Positions 49,550 through 59,807 of a stretch of DNA of 64,000 nucleotides are shown here, piece after piece (the stretch's first letter is position 1; the number at the start of each line of letters is the position of its first letter). The notes under the pieces are model-generated. The model made no database searches. It saw only the letters and a program-made list of their open reading frames with translations, and was not told where the DNA came from. This stretch comes from Thainema sp. Its GTDB lineage: Bacteria; Cyanobacteriota; Cyanobacteriia; Phormidesmidales; Phormidesmidaceae. Location of the stretch: positions 96,001 through 160,000 of the forward strand of contig JBQLZK010000003.1 of the NCBI GenBank assembly GCA_052168235.1. Direction: 5' to 3'. The position numbers were made by a program, and so were the translations under genes.

Positions 49550-50827
49550 ATGGCAATGAAGCTTCTCTGTTTAAGTAACGGTCATGGTGAAGACATAATC
49601 GGCTTGCGGATTTTGCAAGCGCTTCAGCAACAGGCTCCCGAACTGGAGATTGCTGCGCTACCGATTGTGGGGGAAGGACTGAGTTATCAGCGGGCGGAGA
49701 TTCCCATTATCGGAGCAGTCAAACCCATGCCGTCCGGTGGCTTTATCTATATGGATGGTCGTCAACTGGCCAGAGATTTGCAGGGGGGGTTGCTGGCACT
49801 GACGAGATCGCAACTCAAAACTATCCGAGCTTGGGCCAAAGAGGGCGGCTTCATCTTAGCCGTGGGCGATATTGTGCCGCTGCTGTTTGCGTGGCTGAGT
49901 AGGGCCAACTATGCCTTTGTAGGAACAGCCAAATCAGAATATTATCTGCGGGATGAGGTGGGCTGGTTGCCGCGCGATTCTTGGGTGGCCACGCTGGAAA
50001 ACTGGTCAGGATCGGTTTATTTACCGTGGGAGCGCTGGCTCATGGGGCGCAAACGCTGTCAGGCCATTTTTCCTAGAGATTCCCTCACCAGCCACGTTTT
50101 GCAAGCCAAGTCGTTACCTGCTTATGACCTAGGCAATCCCATGATGGACGGCTTGGTTACAGCTACTAGCAAGGCTACCGATTCAGAATTGCACAATACT
50201 AACTCCACGGTCGGTACAGAGGACGCACCGCAACCGCTGACGGTTGTACTGTTACCGGGTTCGCGTCCGCCAGAAGCCTATCACAACTGGCAAACTGTTC
50301 TGACCGCTGGATCTTACGTGATGCGAGATTTAGATCGGCAGTCCGTGCGCTTTTTAGCGGCGATCGCACCTAGCCTTGATTTAGCACCACTCCGTGAACG
50401 TTTAGAGATGGAAGGCTGGCGACCGGATTCGACCGATGCTCTAACCTATATCCGAGGAGCGTCAACATTAACCATTGCCACCGATCGATACGCAGAATTT
50501 TTGCAGCAGGCGGATTTTGCGATCGCAATGGCAGGTACCGCAACAGAACAGTTTGTGGGATTGGGTAAACCAGCGCTCATTCTACCCGGAACGGGGCCGC
50601 AATTTACACCCCGCTTTGCCGAAGCCCAGACACGGCTATTGGGGCCATCTGTCACTCTGATCAAGCCGGAACAGGCGGGTCAGGTTGTACAAAACTTTTT
50701 AACTCGGCCTGATTTGCTGCAACTAGTAGCTGAAAACGGCCAGCGCCGCATGGGCGCACCCGGTGCAGCAGCTCGGATTGCGGCTTGTTTACGAGAGAAA
50801 TGTTTGGCTTTGGAGAGTAAGGCGTGA
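49550..50827 (+). CDS. Lipid-A-disaccharide synthase-related protein (cyanobacterial)
   Basis: LSNGHGED, MPSGGF, AVGD, GTAKS, GNPMMD, LLPGSR, AMAGTATEQ. Confidence 0.88.
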   Translation: MAMKLLCLSNGHGEDIIGLRILQALQQQAPELEIAALPIVGEGLSYQRAEIPIIGAVKPMPSGGFIYMDGRQLARDLQGGLLALTRSQLKTIRAWAKEGGFILAVGDIVPLLFAWLSRANYAFVGTAKSEYYLRDEVGWLPRDSWVATLENWSGSVYLPWERWLMGRKRCQAIFPRDSLTSHVLQAKSLPAYDLGNPMMDGLVTATSKATDSELHNTNSTVGTEDAPQPLTVVLLPGSRPPEAYHNWQTVLTAGSYVMRDLDRQSVRFLAAIAPSLDLAPLRERLEMEGWRPDSTDALTYIRGASTLTIATDRYAEFLQQADFAIAMAGTATEQFVGLGKPALILPGTGPQFTPRFAEAQTRLLGPSVTLIKPEQAGQVVQNFLTRPDLLQLVAENGQRRMGAPGAAARIAACLREKCLALESKA

Positions 50828-50939
50828 GGAGCAAGGCGTAGAAAGGTCATAAAAGACTGTAAAAAGCTGCAAAGACTCAACCCAGCACCTAGAACCCAAA
50901 ACCTAATATTTAGCACTCAGCACCCAGCCCCCCAATTAG

Positions 50940-53921
50940 TCACCCCGCAGCAGCAAAACTCAGTGGAAGCTGCACAATAAAATGCGTTTGGTTGTCTTGG
51001 CTTTCGACGCGAATTGTGCCCTGTAGAGCCTCAACGAGCTGTTTCACCAGCGCGAGGCCCAAGCCCGTACCGCCATGCTTCCAGGGGTCATTGTTCGGGA
51101 TGCGATAGAACCGATCAAAAATGCGATCGCAGTCTGCGGGAGAAATTTCTGTTCCAGAGTTGCTGATTCGAAGCGTGATACCAGCAGCAGTGGCCGCACA
51201 GCCAACAGTGATTGTGCCGTGGGCTGGGGTGTATTTACAAGCGTTGTTGAGCAATTCCAGTACGATACGTTCTAGATAATCCAAATCAGTAACAATCGTG
51301 GGCAGGTGATTGGGCAGCTCAAACGCTAACCGTTGCTGATGCTGTTGCGATCGCTCGATAAACGGTTCACCGAGCTGCAAAATCACGGATCGAAGCTGGA
51401 TCGGCGTCAACTGAAGAGACTCTGTCCCCGCCTCTAAGCGCGTCAAATCCAGCAAATTATTGATTAGAGTGGTTTCACGCTGGCACTCTTCCTGCAAAAT
51501 GTCGAGATAGCGCTGAATCATTGGCATTTTAGGGTTTTGTGAGTTCTGCAACCCCTCCAGCGAGGCCAAACTGACGTTTAGCATGTGCGTCGCCATTTTG
51601 ATACTGGCCATCGGCGTGCGCAACTCATGCGACACCGTGCTGAGGAAGTCGTCCTTAAGCTGATGCAGCCGTTCCAGCTCACGCACCTGTGACTGAGCCG
51701 TTTGATAAAGACGGGCCTGCCGGAGCGCGATCGCACATTGGTTAGCAAACTGTTCCGCCAGCCAAATTTCGCGGTCTGAAAAGTAACTTTTGGCCGTCCG
51801 AAAAATCCACAGCGTCCCCAAAATCCGAGTTTCACCGATCAGGGGACAGGTCAAAATGGTAAACGGCTGCTTCAAAATTCGAGCTGGCGCAGGTGGAATT
51901 GGGAGCGAGCAAAATTGGACACTTTGCCCCCGGAGCGTCTGCTGATGGACGCTGGTTAAGGAATCAACCGGAAAAACACAGCCTTGAACCGATGGCAGAT
52001 TGTCTTTTACCCAATCGTGATGAATCGTAACAGTTGCCTGTTCCAGATCGTAGAGGCCCAAATCGCAGGCTTCAGCGGCCAGGGCTTGTCCCAGTTCTGC
52101 CACGGCGGTGCGTAGAATTTGCTGCTCATCCAAACTGTCGCGCACCCGGTCACTCAGCCGTTTGAGCGTTTCTCCATACATCAGCGCCTGACGGATTTGA
52201 GCAGTTCGTTCCCGGACTTGAATTTCGAGATTGATATTGAGTTGTTGCATGCGCTGATGGAGTTCGGCCTGCTGAATTGCGATCGCAAGCTGATCGGCAA
52301 TTTGCTGCAACAGGCTGGCTTCATCCGGTTGCCACACTCGGCATTCCGCGCAGGCATGAACAATCAGCAATCCCCAAACTCGGCGGGATGGATGGGACGA
52401 TGCATCAGGCAATACCTGCACAATGGGCGCAACGACTTTCGACTGCACCCCCACCGATTGCATAAACTCAACCAAACAACTGCCCCAGTCATCTGTGGCA
52501 ATATCCGGCACGATGCGAGGTTTGCCACTGCGATAGTGCTCGTAACAGGCGGGCGGAAAATGCTCATCCAGCCAGCGCATATCGTTTGTCATTGGATAAT
52601 CGGGCAGCACCGATTCTTGAATCACTTGCCCTGAACCATCCGACAGCAGCCGAAATATCAGAACCCGATCGGCCTGTAAAACCTGCCGAATTTCGCTAAC
52701 CGCCACTGCTAACATGCCGTCTAAATCCAGTGACTTGCGGATTTGTTTGGTAATTTGATGCAGCAGATGTTCTCGTTCAAATTGGGTTCGCAGAATGGCC
52801 TCTGCCTGTTTGCGATCGCTAATATCCTGAACTGTTCCTAAAAGCTGCGTCACCTGTCCTTGCTCATCTCGCAAAAACGCGCTTTCTCGGCTTTGCAGCC
52901 AAACCCAGTGACCGTCAGCATGGCGAAAGCGATACTCGATTTCTACTACGTCATGATTGACCAAAGTTTGGCAGCGCTGGAGGTGCTGCATCACTCGCTC
53001 TCGGTCATCAGGATGACAGAGGTAGGACAACACTTGACTGCCCATCGCGTGAATGGCGTCCTTCGTATACCCCAGCAGTTCCAGCATATTGGCAGTGCTA
53101 TAGACATTCCGCTGCTGTTCGAGGTCATAGACATAAATCGTGCTGGGGCTAGTTTCCAGAATGCTGTTGATAAACCGCTGATTTCGATAGTGAGCGGAAT
53201 GAAGGTCAGCCTGTTCTGTCGCGTAATCGGCAGCGCAATCAACCTGGGGCTGCTTCTTTTCCCTTGCAGATTCCTCTTTAGATTCCGATAGAGAGACTCC
53301 CTGCTGCTCAAGGGTTTGCATTTGCTGCCGCAGTGTCGCACACTGCACGGCCAAGCCGAGCTGCATTGCAACCTGCTGCAAAAAGGTTTGATCCAAGCTG
53401 CTCCACTGCCGTGGAGCTTGGCACTGATGAGCAATCAGGAGCCCCCAAAGGTGACGATCAACCAGCACAGGCACGACCAAATTAGCCTGCACCTGAAATC
53501 GGGTTAGTAACTCAGCATGGCACGGCTGAATATGACTCTCATGAACATTGTCAATCGCACTAATTCGCCCCTGCTCGTAAGCAGACACCCAGTCACGATG
53601 AAAGCAAGGATCGTCAATAAATTGGCCCAGAATAGCGATCCACTGTGGATCAACGGCTTCAGCCGCAACCACACCATCCTGATTCGGCAACAAACGATAA
53701 ATCAATGTGCGATCGCACTGCAAAGCTTTTTTGATTAATTGAACAATCTCGGCCAGCTGATGATGGATATCGCTTGGGGTCTGCAAGCAACGCGATATCT
53801 CGCCTATCACCTGAAAAAGCCGATAAGAATCTCGATCTAATGCTGGGGGTCGATCAACGTCCATCGAAACTTGCCAGTGTTTGCCGATAGTTGAGTGATT
53901 GGGGCATCCTAGAGTGTCCAC
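50940..53921 (-). CDS. Cyanobacteriochrome sensor histidine kinase (GAF-PAS-GAF-GAF-HisKA-HATPase)
   Basis: GAF1 DPCF...PCH; PAS HPDD...VQDISDRK; GAF2 DEHFP...CLVEF; SHELRTP; NACKY; GGTGLGL. Confidence 0.9.
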   Translation of the reverse strand: MDTLGCPNHSTIGKHWQVSMDVDRPPALDRDSYRLFQVIGEISRCLQTPSDIHHQLAEIVQLIKKALQCDRTLIYRLLPNQDGVVAAEAVDPQWIAILGQFIDDPCFHRDWVSAYEQGRISAIDNVHESHIQPCHAELLTRFQVQANLVVPVLVDRHLWGLLIAHQCQAPRQWSSLDQTFLQQVAMQLGLAVQCATLRQQMQTLEQQGVSLSESKEESAREKKQPQVDCAADYATEQADLHSAHYRNQRFINSILETSPSTIYVYDLEQQRNVYSTANMLELLGYTKDAIHAMGSQVLSYLCHPDDRERVMQHLQRCQTLVNHDVVEIEYRFRHADGHWVWLQSRESAFLRDEQGQVTQLLGTVQDISDRKQAEAILRTQFEREHLLHQITKQIRKSLDLDGMLAVAVSEIRQVLQADRVLIFRLLSDGSGQVIQESVLPDYPMTNDMRWLDEHFPPACYEHYRSGKPRIVPDIATDDWGSCLVEFMQSVGVQSKVVAPIVQVLPDASSHPSRRVWGLLIVHACAECRVWQPDEASLLQQIADQLAIAIQQAELHQRMQQLNINLEIQVRERTAQIRQALMYGETLKRLSDRVRDSLDEQQILRTAVAELGQALAAEACDLGLYDLEQATVTIHHDWVKDNLPSVQGCVFPVDSLTSVHQQTLRGQSVQFCSLPIPPAPARILKQPFTILTCPLIGETRILGTLWIFRTAKSYFSDREIWLAEQFANQCAIALRQARLYQTAQSQVRELERLHQLKDDFLSTVSHELRTPMASIKMATHMLNVSLASLEGLQNSQNPKMPMIQRYLDILQEECQRETTLINNLLDLTRLEAGTESLQLTPIQLRSVILQLGEPFIERSQQHQQRLAFELPNHLPTIVTDLDYLERIVLELLNNACKYTPAHGTITVGCAATAAGITLRISNSGTEISPADCDRIFDRFYRIPNNDPWKHGGTGLGLALVKQLVEALQGTIRVESQDNQTHFIVQLPLSFAAAG

Positions 53922-53940
53922 ATCTGGGATGTTTTCTCCT

Positions 53941-54192
53941 ATGCTACGTCGATTTATTGGGTTTGTTATGGGGATTGCGATCGCAATGACCGCTCTAACC
54001 CTGTATTCTCCGCTAGGCTTGGCTCAGACCAGTCACCAAACCAACTGCGACCCGTCCTATCCCGACGTGTGTATTGCACCACCGCCACCCGATCTGGACT
54101 GCGGCGAGATTGAGTATCGTAACTTTAGAGTAACGGGTGCTGATCCACATCGCTTCGACGGTGACCACGACGGTATTGGCTGCGAGTCATAG
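53941..54192 (+). CDS. Small secreted Excalibur-like Ca-binding domain protein
   Basis: Signal peptide followed by CDPSYPDVCI...DLDC...DPHRFDGDHDGIGCE. Confidence 0.8.
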   Translation: MLRRFIGFVMGIAIAMTALTLYSPLGLAQTSHQTNCDPSYPDVCIAPPPPDLDCGEIEYRNFRVTGADPHRFDGDHDGIGCES

Positions 54193-54399
54193 TCTAACCG
54201 AGTCATAGTTTAACTAAATTCTGAAAGCATGACTGTATCGCCGCAGTGTGGCGGCATCATCACCGCTGCGGGTTTTCGACTAGCACGACTAGCACGGTGC
54301 AGGCTGCAAGTACACCATACGAGGTTCTATCAGTCTAGCCAGTTGATCCGCTAAACTAGGAAAGAACAAATTGCTGAACTTTTCTCCAGTAGGTTTTCT

Positions 54400-54630
54400 A
54401 TGCTAAAGAAGCGCTCTCCGTTCGATTCTGCTCAGCTCATGCGTCGTTCAGAAGACCTAATCGAGGCAGCTTCTAACCGCTATCGGATTACAGTGCAGGT
54501 TGCTAACCGGGCACAGCGCCGTCGTTTTGAAGACTTCGAAAACCTCGACGACCCCAAAATGAAGCCCGTGATTCGCGCCATCATTGAAATGTCAGATGAA
54601 CTAACTCAGCCTGAGATTATTGGCGAGTAA
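54400..54630 (+). CDS. rpoZ: RNA polymerase subunit omega
   Basis: [34 protein letters not shown]. Confidence 0.93.
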   Translation: MLKKRSPFDSAQLMRRSEDLIEAASNRYRITVQVANRAQRRRFEDFENLDDPKMKPVIRAIIEMSDELTQPEIIGE

Positions 54631-54778
54631 GGTCATTTGTTCCCAATGTGATTATTTTTAATCAGTTTTAATTCCATCAGGGTTCGCGTGGAAGAGGGTG
54701 AATGTGCCACTCATTCTGCGCGAACCTTTTGGCGTTAAACCACGTCTTGTTCTGATAACTGCCATTTAGCTAAAGCCA

Positions 54779-55486
54779 ATGAAGCGATTTCATGTTGTCC
54801 TGAGCGTTCTGAGCTGTCTGGTTGTCATAGCTGGGTTTACGCTGTTGAATCCAATCGGTTTGCTGTCCAATTCCTCCAGTTCAACTCAGGCGAGACAGTG
54901 GTGGCATGGACAATCTGCGATCGCACAATTGCCCACTGAACGCGAACTCCGCCGCCTCATACCGGAGCAGATTGCGGCCTATGTGTACCAGCAATTTCCC
55001 GATTTACCGCTGGAAAATCAGTACATCGACGACAGTGATAACGAAGTGGATGAGGACGGCACCTTAGTCAGCCGCATGATTGACTACCATACCCGGATTG
55101 TGCGTCGTCCCACCCAATATCGCCTGGATTGGAAGCTAACGATAGCCGACTATCTGGATGAAAATGAAATTATTATCATCAGCCAGTATCCCGGATCATC
55201 CCGCTACGAAACGAATCCAGTGCGAGGCGACAAAGCTGCGATCGCACGTCTTTCGCCAGAACAGCGCAATGCGCTAGTCAACACGCTAGTGGCGATTTAC
55301 AATCCTGCATTTGCCGAGATCGCCGGATGGCGGACGTATCCAGAGGCATTCAGCTCACCCCAAATGACGCCGGAAGCACAGGCTGAACCTGCGACCGAAT
55401 CCTCAACGCCGACAGACAGTTCAATGCCCAATTCATCGTCTGGATCCCCAATCCCAGCACGGGGTTCAGCCGATCTGCTGCGCTAG
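54779..55486 (+). CDS. Conserved cyanobacterial hypothetical exported protein
   Basis: N-terminal hydrophobic segment; VYQQFPDLPLENQY, TLVSR...YH, YRLDWKLTIADYL. Confidence 0.75.
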   Translation: MKRFHVVLSVLSCLVVIAGFTLLNPIGLLSNSSSSTQARQWWHGQSAIAQLPTERELRRLIPEQIAAYVYQQFPDLPLENQYIDDSDNEVDEDGTLVSRMIDYHTRIVRRPTQYRLDWKLTIADYLDENEIIIISQYPGSSRYETNPVRGDKAAIARLSPEQRNALVNTLVAIYNPAFAEIAGWRTYPEAFSSPQMTPEAQAEPATESSTPTDSSMPNSSSGSPIPARGSADLLR

Positions 55487-55957
55487 AGGGGCATTTATTA
55501 GCCATTCCGTCTCCCGTTCCCCCACGGGAATCAACTCGACCTGGCGACCCGTTTCGTCCCGCAATAGGCGAATCTGGAGATAGTGATCGGGCCTGTAGAC
55601 CAATCTCTCTGCCCACTCGATCGCTACGATGCCTAGTTCGACTTCCAGCTCATCCCAGTACATATCGAGATAGAGCGTTTCGGTTTCAGCAGGTTCCAGC
55701 CGATATAAATCGGCGTGATAGAGCGGTATTCGCCCTTCCAGATATTCATTAATGAGCGTGAACGTCGGACTTGCGATCGCATCCGTCACACCCAAACCTT
55801 CACCAATCCCCTGCACCAGCGTTGTCTTGCCGCTACCGAGATTTCCTTCTAGTAGCAAGACAATTCCGGCTGGCAGCGTTTGGCCTAGAACAACCCCTAG
55901 TTGGCGCGTATGCTCTGCATCCGGCAGAAACAACGAAAGAACACTCTCCATGCCCAT
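55466..55957 (-). CDS. tsaE: tRNA threonylcarbamoyladenosine biosynthesis ATPase
   Basis: GNLGSGKTT, SPTFTLINEY, HADLYRL, IEWAE. Confidence 0.95.
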   Translation of the reverse strand: MGMESVLSLFLPDAEHTRQLGVVLGQTLPAGIVLLLEGNLGSGKTTLVQGIGEGLGVTDAIASPTFTLINEYLEGRIPLYHADLYRLEPAETETLYLDMYWDELEVELGIVAIEWAERLVYRPDHYLQIRLLRDETGRQVELIPVGERETEWLINAPLAQQIG

Positions 55958-55962
55958 TGCCG

Positions 55963-58182
55963 CTAAAACGGTTCTTGCTTCATTTCAGAAACACCTGCTG
56001 ATGGATTGCTCGTGCCAGCAGGTTGCTGAACTTCATTCTGGATCGTTTGATTTTGGATAGTTGGATTGGCGGGTGCGCTATACGGCACATTCGGCTGCAT
56101 TCCAGGTTGAACTGGAGGCATACCTGTGGAGTTCGAGGGTGAAAATGCAGGTTGATTGCCAGTTGGTCGTCCCGTCTGAGGATAGGCATTCGGTGGCGAA
56201 ACCCCATTTTCAAATGCTCCCGGCATCCCTTGCCCTGGACTGATTCCATTCATTGGTGCGTCCATCGGTGGGAAATATTCAACGGGCACACCCTGAAGCG
56301 CTTCCATCATATATCGCCGCCAGATCGGTGCAGCCACATCACCCGCTGCGGCTCCAGCCCCAATTGGATAGTTGTCGTCATTGCCAACCCAAATCGCCGT
56401 TGTCAGCTGGGGCACATAGCCCACAAACCACACATCGCGGGCATCGTCCGTCGTGCCGGTTTTGCCTGCCGCAGGCCGATCCGGCAGCCGCGCCTCCACA
56501 CCGCTCCCCTCTTCTAATACCCCTTGCAGAATACTGGTTAACTCGATTGTCGCCCTCGGATCAAGAACGAGCCGTGGTTCAGGAATGTTATCGAGAAGTA
56601 CCTGTCCTTGGCTGTCTGTAACCTGAGCAATGAAGGTTGGTTCAGCATACCAACCCTGACTGGCAAACGCCGAAAACGCATTCGCCATCTCAAGCGGCGT
56701 CACTTCCACAGCACCCAATGCCAAGGGCAAGACTGGTTCCATATCTCCTTTCAAGCCTAGCGATCGCGCCGTTTGAATCACTTGTTCAATACCGAGATCG
56801 TGCATCAGACGAATGGCCGGAATATTACGAGAGTGAATCAACGCTGTCCGTAGCGTAATTGGCCCCCAAAACTCACCTTCGTAGTTGCGTGGCGTATAGG
56901 TGCCGCCCCCATCGGGGTAGGTGACTTCCGTGTCATCAATCGTTGAGTAGGGAGTATACTGACCCGTTGCTAAGGCTGCGTAGTAAACAAACGGCTTGAA
57001 GGATGATCCAGGCTGTCGGCGAGCCTGAAGCGCCCGATTAAACTGACTTTGCTGATAGTTTACGCCGCCTACCACGGCTTTGACGAAATGAGTACGCGGG
57101 TCAATCGAAATTAGCGCCATTTGATCCGCATAATATCCCCGCTGGTACAAATCAAAAGCGCTGGCTTGCACCACTCCTTCGGCAGTAGTCTGTAGGTAAT
57201 CATCCACTGTCGCCTGAACGCGCATTCCACCTTTCAGCAACGGGCCTTCACCAAAATGTCGGATCAGTTCTTGAGTGACCGCATCGGTGACATAAGGGGA
57301 TTTGCTGCGCGAGAAAGAAGTAACTTCACCAAACTGAAGTTTTTCGGCTAAAGCAGCCCGTTCTTCCGTCTCTGTAATCCAACCCAGTTCCCGCATGCGT
57401 CGCAGGGCGAGCCGTTGCCCCGTCTTAGCCAATTCCATTGAGACAAACGGGCTATATTCTTCGGGAGCCTGAATCAAACCGGCCATCAGCGCCGATTCAG
57501 CCAGAGTTAAATCCGCCGCCGATTTCTTGAAGTAGCTTTGAGCTGCTGTTTCAACGCCGTAGGTGTTATGCCCCCAGTACACCTGGTTGAGATACAGCTC
57601 TAGGATTTTGTCTTTGCCATACACCTGTTCCATACGAACCGCTAGGACGGCTTCTGCAATTTTCCGGCTTAACGTCTGACGCGGTGTGAGAAACAGGTTT
57701 TTAGCAAGCTGCATCGTCAGGGTCGAGGCCCCTTCCACGGTCTCTTGATTCTGCACGTTCCGCAAAAACGCGCGGGCAATTCCGTTCGGGCTAACTCCCT
57801 CATGCTGATAGAAACGGTCATCTTCCATTGCCAGGACAGCCCGCTTGAGATGGGGAGAGATTTCATCTAGCGTAACAACTTCACGGTTGGCTTCATCGTG
57901 CAGACTGCTGAGCAGTTTGCCGTTGATGTCGTAAATATAAGTCGTCTCGACTGGGCTGTAGTGGGCCAGCAGTCGGACATCTGGTAGCCGTCGCAGAGTG
58001 ATGTCGAGTCCAATGAAGCCGCCTGCGATCGCAGCGGTTGACACCATGCCAACTGCAATCACCGTCGAGCCGGCAACTTGGCTGACTTCCCGCATATAGC
58101 TAGCCACATCAGCCCAGCGAATATCTGGACGTTGATGCAACCGAATCGATCGAAAACGGGATTTAACAGCGTCAAATGACAC
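55963..58182 (-). CDS. Class A penicillin-binding protein (PBP1A family)
   Basis: EDDRFYQH, GASTLTMQL, RKIAE, YLNQVY; transpeptidase motifs SSFK, SRN, KTG. Confidence 0.93.
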   Translation of the reverse strand: MSFDAVKSRFRSIRLHQRPDIRWADVASYMREVSQVAGSTVIAVGMVSTAAIAGGFIGLDITLRRLPDVRLLAHYSPVETTYIYDINGKLLSSLHDEANREVVTLDEISPHLKRAVLAMEDDRFYQHEGVSPNGIARAFLRNVQNQETVEGASTLTMQLAKNLFLTPRQTLSRKIAEAVLAVRMEQVYGKDKILELYLNQVYWGHNTYGVETAAQSYFKKSAADLTLAESALMAGLIQAPEEYSPFVSMELAKTGQRLALRRMRELGWITETEERAALAEKLQFGEVTSFSRSKSPYVTDAVTQELIRHFGEGPLLKGGMRVQATVDDYLQTTAEGVVQASAFDLYQRGYYADQMALISIDPRTHFVKAVVGGVNYQQSQFNRALQARRQPGSSFKPFVYYAALATGQYTPYSTIDDTEVTYPDGGGTYTPRNYEGEFWGPITLRTALIHSRNIPAIRLMHDLGIEQVIQTARSLGLKGDMEPVLPLALGAVEVTPLEMANAFSAFASQGWYAEPTFIAQVTDSQGQVLLDNIPEPRLVLDPRATIELTSILQGVLEEGSGVEARLPDRPAAGKTGTTDDARDVWFVGYVPQLTTAIWVGNDDNYPIGAGAAAGDVAAPIWRRYMMEALQGVPVEYFPPMDAPMNGISPGQGMPGAFENGVSPPNAYPQTGRPTGNQPAFSPSNSTGMPPVQPGMQPNVPYSAPANPTIQNQTIQNEVQQPAGTSNPSAGVSEMKQEPF

Positions 58183-58531
58183 AGTGACAACTCCCCAATG
58201 GCGAATAAAATCAAGGCGTTTAGTTCAAGGCGTCTATATTCAAGCGAATAAATCGCATAAAGACAATACATTGGTCGATTTTTTTAGATCTAGGAGGAGC
58301 GTTGTGTATTGCATCACGGCGACACAACGCTCCTTCTGGACTTGGAATTTGGGTTTTAATCATGCCAATCTATGTACTCGGCTCACCATGATAGAAGATT
58401 CCGTTGGTAAAAGCCCATTAATTTTCGCGCTCACCCTAAATGGGTGATCTCTGGGCGTCCTCTACGAAATGGATTCTTATTTCCTTGAAATGAATCGTGT
58501 AAGCACATTCAAACAAAGGCCCCCCCCCTTT

Positions 58532-58996
58532 ATGCGACTCATCATTATCAACGACACGGCCCTTAAGCAAAGCACTCAGCAGTCTTCCCAACTGCCCCCA
58601 GAAGCATTTGTCAAGGTTGCAGATGGAACTGAGTTTCAGATCAATGGCTATACCAGTGAATCGGGACACTACAAAGTGTTTTTGACCGATCCGTTTGAAG
58701 GCAAGCGCACCTGGTATGTCTACGCACTACACGCTGAAATCGCCTACGGCGTTGATGAAAAATTCTACATGCGTGTCGCTCAAGACACTTATCTGAAGCA
58801 AGAGACCAAGCAAGCAGATGAGCTATCAGATGCCAACAAATATAAAGTCACGGCACCTGATTCATTCAACCTGATGCAGTACTTCCCCGATCCAGCCGCT
58901 GCTCAGCATTTGAAGGTGAAGCTTGAGCAGCCGATCAATGGCATTATTACCTGGTACGCGTTTGGGCCTCACGTTGAGATCTTTACCCGTCCGTAG
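58532..58996 (+). CDS. Hypothetical protein with two internal repeats (paralog 1)
   Basis: DTxLKQ...GHYKV...WYVYxxH unit occurs twice; highly similar to 59231-59689; start set by alignment with the paralog. Confidence 0.75.
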   Translation: MRLIIINDTALKQSTQQSSQLPPEAFVKVADGTEFQINGYTSESGHYKVFLTDPFEGKRTWYVYALHAEIAYGVDEKFYMRVAQDTYLKQETKQADELSDANKYKVTAPDSFNLMQYFPDPAAAQHLKVKLEQPINGIITWYAFGPHVEIFTRP

Positions 58997-59230
58997 ACAG
59001 ACTGCATTTTTAAGGATACGCCTCGATTCGTGAAAGAGTGGTTAGCCGCTTGCTCACAGGAGGAATTTGCATAAACCCTAAAAGGAGTTTGGCTTAGGCC
59101 AAACTTCTTTTACGTGCGGCTACAACAGTCGTCACCCAGGCTGGGTGAACTTCGGGGATGGTCTGCGAAATGAGTTGACGTTGCCCTGAAATGAACAGTG
59201 TAAACACTACTCCACTCAAGGATACTCACC

Positions 59231-59689
59231 ATGAGACTTATCATTATCAACGACACCATCCTCAAGCCGAGCACACAGCAGTCCACTCAACTGTCTCCCA
59301 GTACTGTGGCAGAAGTAAAAGATGGCACCGAGTTTGAAATTAGCCGATTCACGAGTGAATCCGGACACTACAAAGTGTTTTTAACGACGCCCTTTAGAGG
59401 CCAACAAACCTGGTATGTCTACGCACTGCACGCTGAGATTGCCTACGGCATCAATGAGCGCTTCCAAATGCGGATTGCCCAAGATACCTATCTAAAACAA
59501 AATGCCGTTCAAGCTGCTGAGCTGTCCGATGCGAATAAGTACAAGGTCTTAGCTCCCTCTGCGTTTGACTTGGCTCAGTATTTCCCTGATCCAGCCGCAG
59601 CGCAGCATCTGAAAGTCAAGCTAGAGCAGCCCCTCAACGGTATTCTGACCTGGTATGTGTTTGCTCCCCACGTTGAAATTGTTGTCTAA
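59231..59689 (+). CDS. Hypothetical protein with two internal repeats (paralog 2)
   Basis: MRLIIINDT...; same architecture as 58532-58996. Confidence 0.75.
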   Translation: MRLIIINDTILKPSTQQSTQLSPSTVAEVKDGTEFEISRFTSESGHYKVFLTTPFRGQQTWYVYALHAEIAYGINERFQMRIAQDTYLKQNAVQAAELSDANKYKVLAPSAFDLAQYFPDPAAAQHLKVKLEQPLNGILTWYVFAPHVEIVV

Positions 59690-59719
59690 CCCGATTGCAC
59701 TAGACGATTGAATAAAAAT

Positions 59720-59756
59720 AAAAGAGGGCATCGCATAAGCGCAATGCCCTCTTTTT
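59720..59756. terminator. Bidirectional terminator
   Basis: AAAAGAGGGCAT...ATGCCCTCTTTTT between convergent genes. Confidence 0.7.
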
Positions 59757-59807
59757 AATGGCTTTTTACTGAAGCTAGATTTTTCGCAATCAAAATCTCT
59801 AGATCAA

